Shown: one piece after another, positions 36,301 to 47,719 of the stretch
Position numbering within the stretch: the first letter of the stretch is position 1
How the letters are laid out: every line of letters starts with the position of its first letter
Assembly (NCBI GenBank): GCA_010909165.1
Contig: MU008166.1
Span: 992,001 to 1,056,000 of the forward strand
Length of the DNA: 64,000 nt
Direction of reading: 5' to 3'
Origin: Anthoceros angustus
Lineage: Eukaryota > Plantae > Anthocerotophyta
Notes under the pieces: generated by a model
Told to the model about the DNA's origin: nothing
The model's database searches: none
Seen by the model: the letters and a program-made list of their open reading frames with translations, nothing else
Translations under genes and position numbers: made by a program

Positions 36301-39229
36301 CCTTGTAGGTGCGGGCATCACGCCGCAGAGCGTCACCTCCAAATCGAGAACCGGTCCTTCAACATTAGAGCACCTCGACGATGTGCCATGCACCTCGGGC
36401 GATGGAGTCGATGGGAGAGAATGGTTGTGGATTCACGCCATGTTCATCCCGGTGAGAGAGCGGCGGATGGGATGAATCATTGCATTGGCGGGATGTCCCG
36501 GCGAATAAACACTCCGACATTGAGCGCCGTCGGTGCGGTGGTGAGGTGGCGGCTATTGAAAGGAGGAGATGAGCAACGGCTAGCGGTGGCAGACCGGTCG
36601 CTCTGTCTACATGGCGTGAGTCATTGCACTTGCAAACATGTGTTGGGCTAAAACGGATGCCCCACCTCCTTCACAATTTTACATTCAAACCCGACGGAAG
36701 CGGTTGCATTGAAAGGAGCGGAAGATGCTCGGCAGCGCGCCCATCCTTGCCGAGCCACCTCCTTGATTTGCACCGTCCATAGCGAGGATAGTGTTGAGCT
36801 CATGCTCTCAAAGTCTCTATACAACTCCCATGTTGCGTGCGCCATTGCGGTGAAAGGCGGTGCACCCGGTGGCCGCAGTGTTCCATGCCGTCTCTTACGC
36901 CCCCAAGTCCATTCTTGAGGTGTGTAGCTTGACCATAGTGGCGCTTGGATGTGAAGCCCCCCCTGGCGGCGGTTGTTCTATCCAAACAATCGACTCAAGT
37001 TCTGCGAAATCCTCCACGGATCGTGGCCTGCAAAAGTGTAGCTCCGGTGCGACTTGCCTCTTCCTCCCATTGGGAAATTGCTGCGAGTTCGGCGGCCGTG
37101 GGGGACGGGCCGGCGCCCAAAGCGAATCCTCCCCGCTTCCCTCTCCCGTATCGGCATGGTCGGTGAAGGCGGGGAGTGTTGTGTCTGTTGCCTTCCCTTC
37201 CCTCTCAACCTCCCTTTCGCCTTCAACTTTCGAGGCTTGCGAAAGTCCCGCCCTTCCACCTCGATCCATCACGGTTTGGAGGCGGACACTTGTATAGTTT
37301 GTCGGTGCGGCCACTATCCGGAGGAGAACGCGCGATGGCAAAGGATCCCAAAGTTTGTGAATCCATATGGCATCCATCGGCTGCGGTGCACGATTGACAC
37401 GTCAAACATAAGTGGCGTGGGTGGCGGTGACATGTCATACGCTCCACGGTATGGATGGGCACCAACCCCTATCCATCCATTCCGCGAAGTGGACATGACA
37501 GTCATCGACTTTTATTGCGGTGTTGATGAGTAGTACCGCGTGGTACAAATGGAGGAATCACATTTCCCAACGCCGCCTTTAAGAATGGTGAAGTATACCC
37601 GAATGTGAGGTATAACTGGCCCCGAACACGATCGCCCAAGAGGCGGCAAAAGCCGGGGCGGCGGCCAAGCTTGCCTGTCCGCCGTGGCGTGGGCGGAGAG
37701 CAACCTCCGTCCATCGCCGCCGATGGCCATCGAGCGAGGCTGCAGCCCTCTTCCTCGATGGCCATCGTCGATTCGCGGCCGTGTGGCGGCAATATCCACA
37801 ATCCGCAATGTTGCAAGCAACATCGAAGGTGAGGAAATGAACGTTTGAGCAACATATAAAGAGAAATCCAAACATCCACGAGGTTCAAAGAAATGATCGC
37901 CCACAGTCACGGCTTGTGAAAGCGAGGTGCATACGATTTGTGCCCGACACCTTCCATGCCACATGAGGTTGGATACCATGCGCCACTCGTGACCATTGTG
38001 AGACTTCCACATTGCCACCCCAATGGCGGATTCCCAGTTGCATGCACACGAGACACGCCCACTAAGATGGGCGAGTGACGCCCCTCCGGTGCGCTTGGGG
38101 TCCTTGATGGCCATCGGCGATGGGGGCGGTGTGCCGGGAGATGGAGAGAACAACAAACCAATGGTGGTTCTCGGTTCCAGTCCGCACCGAGGGCGCCCTC
38201 CAACGCGAAGTTGGTTTCCTACACATGCCCATGGCAATTGCAGACGGATGAAGAGAGGAGGAGAGGGCAAGGGTTGGGAGTGGTGCGGCCTCCTCGACTA
38301 TTCCACAAGGGCGACCGCATCTGCTTGGAGGAGCAACAGATCGCCACAACCATGAAGCGGAGGCCCAGGCAAGGTCATTTAAACCGTGCATGCAGATGAG
38401 GGCCGCCGTGGGCAACCACTTGTGCGTCATGGCGAATGGAGGAAGCAGTCGAGGAATCTTTCATGTCGGTTCTGTAAAGCGAGCATGGCGAGCTTTCCGC
38501 TATCGATTTCCATGAATGACCACTATTGCAAGTTGCAATGAGGATGGCGGTCGGTTAGTGCGGGCATAGAGTGGCGCGGATTCCAATGCCGTGCTCTCTG
38601 CGTGATATGAAAAAAAAGGCCACAAACGTCCGTCTTCCGATGGCGTGAGGGTTGTCGTCATTGCGATTTTCACAATTTCAGCCATGTGTCATCCTCCACC
38701 ATGTCTCCTAGTTGATGGTCGGCGAGCGGCGCGACAGACATTATTCTCCGGCACGCTGATGATGGCGATCACGAGGATCTTATTCAGATATCTGTGGTTC
38801 AGCATCTCTTAGGCTGGTCAAAGAGGAGCGAGCTCGACTGCCATGCCATGCGGAAATGATGATCACGATCTTCCTTACATCACGGGGACATGGCCTGCCA
38901 AATGCTACCGTCACCATCACTTATTGGCAATGGCGCACACAGTGTGGACATTAGCGGTATCTTCACTTTGATGAAGGCAACCAAGTCAAGTGGGTTTTGT
39001 AGGATACATCATAGGGTTCGACCTACCACTTGTCCTTTTGTCATGGCATATGTATGCGGGCCATGTACTTGCAAGGATCATAATAGGCAGATGGGCGATG
39101 TTTATTGCCATTGTGGTTATAATGTCCGCCCGCAAAGGAAAGGCGGGGCCGAATGTAGGTGGCACTGGATGATCTCGCCCACTCTTTCCCTCCTCCACCC
39201 GTCACCACAAGGTTGACGGGAGTGAAATA

Positions 39230-40460
39230 ACTACTTGGACCATGGTCATTCCGATTGCATTGCGAACAATGGTCCTTGGTCATTGAAAAGTATTCAACTG
39301 ATCGCCCACATATGCATTAACCATCCTTGGACCATGGTCATTTCGATTGCATTGCGAACAATGGTCCTTGGCTTGAAAAGTATTCAACTGATCGCCCACA
39401 TATGCATTAACCATCCTTGGACCATGGTCATTTGGATTGCATTGCGAACAATGGTCCTTGGATCGAAAAGATGCTCAACAACATTCGAACACATATGCAT
39501 TAATCCTTGGACCATGGTCATTCGATTGCATTGAACAATGGTCCTTGGTCTCGAAAAGTACTCAAGCTTGATCATATGCATTAAGCGTCCTTGGACCATG
39601 GGCATTGCATTGCGAACAATGGTCCTTGGATCTCGAATAAGTAGTCAAGTTCCACCACATGTATATATCCTTGGAACATGGTCATTATGCATTGCGAACA
39701 ATGCTCCTTGGATCTCGAATAAGTAGTCAACACTTTGACCACATGTCAGAACCATCCTTGGACCATGGTCTTTTCAACTCACAAACCAACAACATCCATG
39801 GCCCATGGGCATCCGCTTTAAGTTGCCAAATTCGTCCTTGGGTCACGAATTATCATTACAAATCGCCTATATATGTATGGGGACATGCATTAACATCCTT
39901 GGACCATGGTCATTCGATTGCATTAACCATCCTTGGAACATGGTCATTATGCATTAACATCCTTGGACCATGGTCCAACTCAAACCAACACATCCATGGC
40001 CCATGGGCATCCGCAAGTTGCCAAATTCGTCCTTGGGTCACGAATTATCGTACAAATCGCCTATATATGCAGTATGGGGACATGCCAACGACGGCTGCGG
40101 GAAGCGACGTGCTGGTGCGAGCCATGTGGCACGGCAACACCATTCACCCATGCATTCATCATGGCGTCCTTGGTCACGAGAAGGCGTTCAAATCTGCCGC
40201 TATATATGAAGCATGGGGACATGGACATGGAGCAGTGATGTGCACACGGCTGCGTCTTTGAGCATCGCATGGCACTTGACATAGGTAAAAACCACGATTC
40301 GGACGTGATGTTCGTCATTGGCATTGCATGTTGAGCGGGCCATGGCGCATGAATGACCATACAACATCCTTGGCACATGGGCATCCGAGCTTTGTTACCA
40401 ATTGTCCTTGGGTCACAGTATTGCATGCGGGCTATATATGTGAAGCATGGGGACATGGGA
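39230..40460. repeat. Internal degenerate tandem array (~90-bp units built on ccttggaccatggtc / gcattgcgaacaatggtccttgg)
   Basis: Near-perfect 90-bp period at 39286/39376. Many further degenerate copies extend to ~40460. Confidence 0.85.
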
Positions 40461-40789
40461 GCTTCGTTCAAAGAGGTGACGGTGTCCGCCAAAAGGCGGC
40501 ATGGGGCATGCCATGGCGGACACATGGGTATTCGGGAGAACCGATGGAGGTGCGTGGCGAAACATGGCATCTTGTGGCAGGCAGTGGCATGTCCTTTCGT
40601 TCGCCCCTCCCTCCCTCCGTCACCACAAGGTTACCACCTTTAAAACCCATATCGTCGCTTGCGATTGCACTCGCTTGTCGCGGTTAGGTGCATCTGGCGT
40701 CGCGATTGGCGTGGTTCGGCTATGGTTTGGGACGTGGACTTGAAGATTTGGTGAGGGCGTTTTGCCTACAACCCGCTACCATAACCCGT

Positions 40790-42700
40790 GACTTGGATGG
40801 CGATGCGAAAGTGGTTGAGCGGAGAGGACGGAGGGCCCCCTATCTGCGCCCGATGGAGAGGCGGTGAAGGTTTGGAAAATGGAAGGGCGCCGGCGCCGTT
40901 TCGCATGGTCAAGTGGAATTGGACAACGGCCTCGGGGCGGGTGCCAAAGCCGAGGCAAGGCAAGCGATGTGGGCGTGTCGCCGCCTCTGCGAGCGGGAGT
41001 GGATGCCGGGAGGGTCCTTCCGTGGAGCCGAATGGAGGCATGGAGGGGCTTGCGGGAGGAGGCGCAACAGTGGAAGGTGTTGCCGATGAGGAGGCGGCGG
41101 CAACAAATCCTCCTCATTCCACGTCTTGTCTCCAAGAGGTGGGCGCTAACGGTGGAGCTTGTGGGTGCGAGGGGCGACACACCGAGCGGACTTTGAAAGG
41201 GCCCTCCACGCCGTTGAAGAGTACGAAATTGCAGGTGCGGAGGCCGGGTGGGCATGTGGAGGCGGAGAGGTCTTGCGAGGGGCGCACCTCTGGATGGCGG
41301 GAGGGATCGGGCTCTTCTAGAAGAGCTTATTTTTGGTGACCATGGAGACTCAAGGAGGCGGGCGGGAGGTCTTTCAAGGGCGCAAAGTGCGGCCTTTGGA
41401 GTTGATATTGCCAGGCGGCGGGGAGGAGGAGGCCACGAAACACCGCACATGGGTCGAGAGAGGCCTGAGGCGGGCGAGGACACCGGCTCGGAGGATGGTG
41501 GCGGGAGGAGGCGTGGGAGTGGAAAATGGTGGTGAAGAGGTGGGCGAGGACCTACCGACAACATTGGCAGGGAGATAGGGAGGCGAGAAAAGTTGGCGGT
41601 AAGCCACTTGGCGACATCATTGCCGTGTTGTGCTGCATGGTCGTGGGGGTTTACATGGCGTGAGCACTGTGTGATGGAGGGTGGGTGGAGAATGAAGATG
41701 AGGAGGAAGAGCCCATGGACGAGGAGGGGCGTCGGAAGGCCTTCCAGCGTGTTGGAGCTAGTGTGCGAAGATGCGATTGATGGTACCATGGTCCGACCAC
41801 GGCGAGACTTTGAGGGAGTTGGTGAGGAAGGTAGAGTACAGGTTCCCTAGTGTAGATCGCGAGGATATCGTGTCCGGGTTTGCGAGGGGCTTGGACAAGA
41901 AACCACAACGTTGGCAAGAAGGTGCGACAGTGCGGTTATTTGGAGGAGAAGGGAAAAGATGCGAAATGGCACCCTCCGACGTCGGCACCAAGGCGTGGAG
42001 ACGGCCGGTGGAGCAAGCGGTGGTGCGTTGCACAAGCACGGTGGTGTGTGGCCAACCCCACAACAAGCGCAACCCATTTCGACTTGCAAAGCACGAGCAT
42101 GGGACCAATCCATTTGGTCCCATGGGAGCAACAAAGAGTTCGAGAGAAGGTATGTTCAGCGGTGGGGAAGGGCGCCTTGACAAGAGTTGAAATGGGCTGC
42201 GAAACATGGATTGGAGCATGCGGGACTCTTGGAGTGGTATGGCGATAGATCGGGGCCTTGGTTGAATAGCTAGGCGTGGTCAAAAAGTGCGCATGTAGGA
42301 CATGAAGGCTGTGAGCGATGGCGTGTGTGCATGGCTGCAGTCGGAAGGGAAGGAAAATAATGTGCGGTGAAGGGCACGAAAAGATGGAAGGAACCATAGC
42401 ATGTCCCGAGGGGAAGGGAAGGGAAGGTGGAGCAGGAGGGCATCACACTCGGGTGATGTCGGAGGCGGTGGGGATGGTGTGGAAGGTGGGCGTGAGTGTG
42501 TTGCCACCCACAAGGCGAATCACAAGATCATCTCCAAAAGTGTGAGTTTGGTGGCAATGGCGGCGGGGATGAATTGAATGCGAGATCATTTTGCCTAGTG
42601 TAACTTCGCACGGTGAATATGCAGCCTATGGGGCCGAGTGCAAGGCACGAGCGTGGAGGTTAGTGGCTCGAATGCCGGCTCAAAGGGTCGACATGAGCGG
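40790..42700 (+). pseudogene. Second CACTA-borne ORF, possibly TnpA-like, frameshifted
   Basis: Purine-rich, coding-like plus-strand ORFs (e.g. 41771..42190 VPWSD..LRELVRKVEYRF...W) lie inside the element. The family assignment rests on context only. Confidence 0.3.
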
Positions 42701-44519
42701 GAGAAAGCAGGCGGGAGGTGCTAGGCCAAAAGGTCGAGCAAAAGGCAGCGGCTGAAGATGCAGGAGTCGGACTCGGATGGCCGAAGACATGGTGCTTCCC
42801 CTTGTGGTATGTGCAAGTCCATGTCGGCAATAAGCTGGATTGATTTGTCTTGTGGGCGCTCGTGGATTTTGATGCGGTTCCTTTCTTGCGGTTGTGCAAA
42901 GCGGGGAGCAAGCGGCAAATGAAACACGCACGAGCAAGCGCATGCGAGGACATTCACATCGCCGCCGCGCGTAGCGTGGTGGTGGAGGGAGTGCTTGCGA
43001 TGTGACAACACTGCGCTTGATTGGTAGTGCGTCGAGGGCGGGTCTGATCGATCCGCGAGCATGAAGGGAGATCGGCCTCATAGCCGCCACACATGTGGGC
43101 GGGCATTCCATAGTTACGTAGCGTTTACATTGTCCTTGATATGTTTTAGCCTTGTGGAATGAACCCGAAAACTATGGCATATGTCTTGCCGCATGTTCGT
43201 ATTTGAGCGGAAGTCTAGATAGGGAAAAGCACAAATGGGGCGTTTGAAGAAAGCGTAATGCGCATGTATCGCATTTGGTGGTAAATGTGATGAGGTATTT
43301 ATTAATCTATGAGGTGTATACTTATAACTATGGCATGGTTAGATATCTATGAATTTGTACCTATACATAAAGAGTATGTATTCATATATATATATATATA
43401 TATACGTGTTGATCATGTATGTAGGATTATACGAATACATCGGCCCAACCGTATATATAAATGGACATATAAATAATGTAGAATCCTACTATACATAATT
43501 AGGCGATATGAGGGTTTGTTTGTGTATATGGGGCTTGAAAAGAAAACCAGTGTGGACATAGGGTGCATTGAAGAGGGAAGATGGAAAGAGAATGATACCT
43601 ACGAGGAGATAGAGTTCTGGTAATGTAGGAAAAGCAAGAAGGAAGAATAAAATCTGGTGGGAGAGGGAGCTCATTGTCACAATCATATGGCAACACAAGA
43701 GGGAAACAATAAAGAAATGGGTGTCATCCGGAGCATTAACTAGGAGTGTGAGGTGAAAGGTGAGACCAAGAGCATGTTGTTAAGATGGTAAGAGAAAGTG
43801 GAAAACAAAATCACAAACTTAACACCAAACCAACAAACTTGATGACAAGCTCTTAATGGCGAGGTGTAAGGTCAAGAGACCACTTGCATGTTGTTAAGAT
43901 GGTGAGAGAAGGTGGAGGGAAAATCACAAACTTAACACCAAGCCACCTAACTTTTGGGTGTACCACATGGAAAGTGTTACATGAAATTGTAACAAAGGAC
44001 TATAACATAAGCAAGTTTTCATTCTATATGTTTGAAATCATAAACAAGGCTAGCGAGAGGGAGGTTGTACTTAGGAGGGTGAGGTGATGAGAGAGAGAGC
44101 CAGGTTCATGTTAAGATGGTGACAGCATGAGAAGGGAATAGTGTCAATCTTAATACCAAGCCTAAATAGCATGTTGCAATTTGGAAGTGTTACATGAAAT
44201 TGCAATAACGACTGTAACATAGGCTGCCTTTTCTAGTAGGGTCCCTCCCCTCCCTATCTCTGTGAAAGAGGCCGTGGCCGGCGCATGTCGATAGCGGAGG
44301 GTGCCTAATGTCGCCGGCCCGAGCCGGAGGAGGAACTCCATAAGTACTGACCCCGGGTCCCCCCTACGCCGAAAGACAGCCCTCATGTGAAGTATATGTG
44401 TAATAGTAAATGACAGTGACATGACTAGAGTGCTTTCAAGAAAGTTTTGGCTCCATGAAGTTGTTGTTTGTAGCGGTGAAATATCGGGGCGCGTTGGGGC
44501 GCAGTGTCTTGCGAGAGCA

Positions 44520-46480
44520 GACGAAGATGGCCAAACACGGGAGCAAAAGTTCTGAGAGATCCTCATAAGTACATATTCATCTATAGATGGAATGGACGGA
44601 AAAAGGTACCACACTTTTGAGGTGGCCAAGAAGCACTTGAATGAGGAGTCCGTATCTACATCACGTAGTTGGGTGTATGATTCACAACTACACGTATAAA
44701 GCGAGGCCTTCTTGCATTCGCAAATTTGAGCGCCAATTTTGACTATCAACATTATAATGGATGTGATACACAACTACGAAGGAGTATTAGAAGGTTTTAT
44801 ACTTGCAATTGGACAACACTTGTCGGAGAACAAGAATCAACTTCTTTTGCATGTCCCGAACATGTTAGTGGATATGGGACATTTGAGAAAGTAAAGGTGG
44901 GGTTTCTTCTCGTTGGACATACTCATGATCAAATTGACCAAATGTTTTCATGTTTTCAAAGAGCTTGAAACACGAAGCTCATACTCTCCCGCATTGGCGG
45001 CAATTTTGAAAGAGGCGTACACTCCAACACGGATGTGAAGGTATTAACGGAGGTTCGGACTTCCGCTCCTATGTTTGGCCGTTCGACAAGGGGATGGACG
45101 CCACACATGAGTCAAGGTGCGTAAATTGAACAACCTATCATTCCAAAGCATTCAAAATTACAAGAGAAGAAAACTCGACCGTGGCCTTGTGATATTAGAA
45201 GGTTTTATACTTACAATTGGACAACACTTGTCGGAGAACAAGAATCAACTTCTTTTGCATATCCGAACATGTTAGTGGATATGGGAACTTTTGAGAAAGT
45301 AAAGGTGGGGTTTCCTTCTCGTTGGACATACTCATGATCAAATTGACCAAATGTTTTCATGTTTTCAAGAGCTTGAAACACGAAGCTCATACTCTCCGCA
45401 TTGGCGGCAATTTTGAAAAGGCACTCCAACACGGATGTGAAGGTATTAACGGAGGTTCGGACTTCCTCCTATGTTTGGCCGTTCGACAAGGGGATGGGCG
45501 TAAGCATGGTGCTCTGATGCGAGTGAACAACCTATCATTCCAGCACCAGTTCAAAATTACAAGAGAAGAAAAACCTGACCGTGGCCTTGTGACAGTCATT
45601 AGAAGCAAACAATATTCGACATCACCACAATGGGAAACGGAAGCCGGTTTGGATTTTTTGAAGTTTGTCCCATCCAGCGACGTAACCGCGCACGGCTGAC
45701 ATCCCTTCGTGCCTGTGATAAGAAAGGCACGTCGTCAGGGTTATCCCCAACCGAAGGTGTGGCTCACTTGAAGGAGGGCCTCTCGGCGCTTAGACCATAT
45801 GTCATTGCAGAGGAATATAAATGGTGGGAAGAATTTTGGGTGGACCAAGAGGAGATCGCTGTTATTGTGGAGAATAATATAGGGCTCGCACTCCAAGACG
45901 CAAGTGGTTTTCGCGATCAAGTTGAAGAAAGCCGGTTCTTCACGTGCACGATGAGGCGTTGCTAGAGGAGGCTTTACTCGGGGACCTTCCCCAACGGATA
46001 TGTACCTTGGTGCATATCAAACCGTTGTTAGACAAGAACAAGAAACTGCCCGGTTGAATGGTGACATTGCGGAAATAAGGAAAGACATGTTTATTGCAGT
46101 CCCCTGCACCACTGACAGACAGAACAGGCCGTTTTGGATTGGCAGGGTCATTGATGTTCACTTAGATGCACCAGATCCTCACTTTGTCGTTCATTGGTAC
46201 ATGACTGAGCACACAGATGCGTATGAAGGAAGGTATGTTGAAGAATTTATAATCCGACATGAAGGGAACCAGGCTGTGACCAAACCAGGGAAAAAAGGAG
46301 GAAAGCTAATTTGCACAAAAACGTACAAAAGGTTTTTGTGAACAAAACGGTGATCATATATTATGGTTTCAACTTGAATGCTCGCAAACATTTATATGCT
46401 GTGGACAAGAAGGCGATAAAACAAAATTAAATGAATTGCGCTTTACATGTACTAGCCAAAGTGGCCCGGAAGATAGTGAA
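44520..46480 (+). pseudogene. Sola-like transposase copy 2, catalytic 3' exon (with ~408-bp internal tandem duplication)
   Basis: IDGMD (44583-44597), LYLQLDNTC.ENKNQ and FEKVKVGFLLVGHTHDQIDQMFS. The C-terminal RPFWIGRV...FVVHWY...GRYVEE part is homologous to 24480-24620. Confidence 0.8.
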
Positions 46481-47521
46481 GATAGTGGTGGTGATGCGAG
46501 CCTTGCGATGATTGGAATTAAGACGATCATGAACATGTGTGCCAGGGTCTTTTGTCTTATTTAGACACAAATTTTCTTCCCTTCATCTCCATAAGTTCCA
46601 ATAGATTCTGCAAATACTGTTATTGTCTGTGCATGGCTATTTTTCCCAGCCCGCACTTACCCAGAAAACCGGTGTATTCCGCCAAGTGTAGCCATTATTA
46701 TTCAGTTACAAAGAGCAGCGTGGAAACCAGCCTTCGGCCGCAGACCCTGAATTCCATATGAGGAGACATCGACGGAAGATGGTGTTAATCTGCAACACGC
46801 ATTGCAGACGAAGCGTTAACCAAACCACAATATTGTTTGTATTTCTAAGGGCTAGTCCTAAGTGACCTGTCTCAGTGCATGACTTCTCTGCATGTTACGG
46901 TTCACCCCAACACGCGGGGAACATTATTTCTCTTCCACGTGTACAATGGGGGCGACAAGTCACCAGCGTCAATGGGTGTCCATGGACGAGGAGTGAAGAG
47001 GGCGCCGGTCGGCCGGCGCCCGCTTTACACACCAGCATGATAATTGTGTTTTCCAGAAAACAAGGGGCCCACATTGACCCTGGACCATTGTACTTATGGC
47101 AGGCGAGAGGTTCACTTGATAAAAAAGGACCCGCGCACCATGTTTTTCGCTTGCTGTTTTACCGCCTTTATCATCACCGCATAAACGACGTCCAGGGTCC
47201 GAATTGGATCCAAATGGATGTATGAGGGGTTATCAAAACCCTTTGCCTGGAGCTCCTTGATCGACACACGAAATTTGCGTCTACGGCAAATGGACACCCT
47301 ATTTTTTGAGGCTTTTTTGGACCACAAGATTGAAAACCCTAAATGCAGACCCATTGGAAACCCTCATTGCCGAATAAAAGGCAGAAAACCCCCATGGTGC
47401 ATATTAACCTCCTTACGGGATTACCATGTTAGAAGCTGGCCCTGCCTTCCTCTCGTCCATCATCCTAGCCTCAGGGCTGGAATCTTCCCGGTCTCCCACC
47501 AATTTACCGGGGGTAGCAACC

Positions 47522-47700
47522 TGTTGGATATATAAAGCCAACCTTAGTTAAGCGTAGTTAATTAAGGGTTAGGCGAAACGTTGTGTAGGCTAATCTATAA
47601 AAGGATTCCCAAAGAACAATTTTAAAAACCTCATTTTTTAATAGAAGAGTTTGCATAAGTGTTTTTGACGCTGATCACAAAACAAACATGGTATCAGAGC
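47522..47700 (+). mobile_element. Short LTR-like sequence (TG...CA, 47522-47688) followed by a tRNA-iMet primer-binding site
   Basis: ...aaacaCA-type end at 47688 directly followed by TGGTATCAGAGC (47689-47700). The candidate start is tgttgga at 47522. No second LTR or pol gene was seen. Confidence 0.6.
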
Positions 47701-47719
47701 AAACCACTTGCTCTTTTGA

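Larger units (their letters stand above)
29026..44241. mobile_element. CACTA/EnSpm (CMC) DNA transposon, 15,216 bp, CCCTA...TAGGG termini
   Basis: Perfect 29-bp TIR CCCTACTAGAAAAGGCAGCCTATGTTACA (29026-29054 / 44213-44241). 3-bp TSD TCC (29023-29025 / 44242-44244). Subterminal tgttaca/tgtaaca/tgttgcaa repeats at both ends. Internal Tnp2-type transposase. Confidence 0.95.

Noticed and set aside
39230-40460. CRISPR-like appearance of the repeat array
   Set aside because: No unique spacers, degenerate units, no cas genes, eukaryotic TE context.
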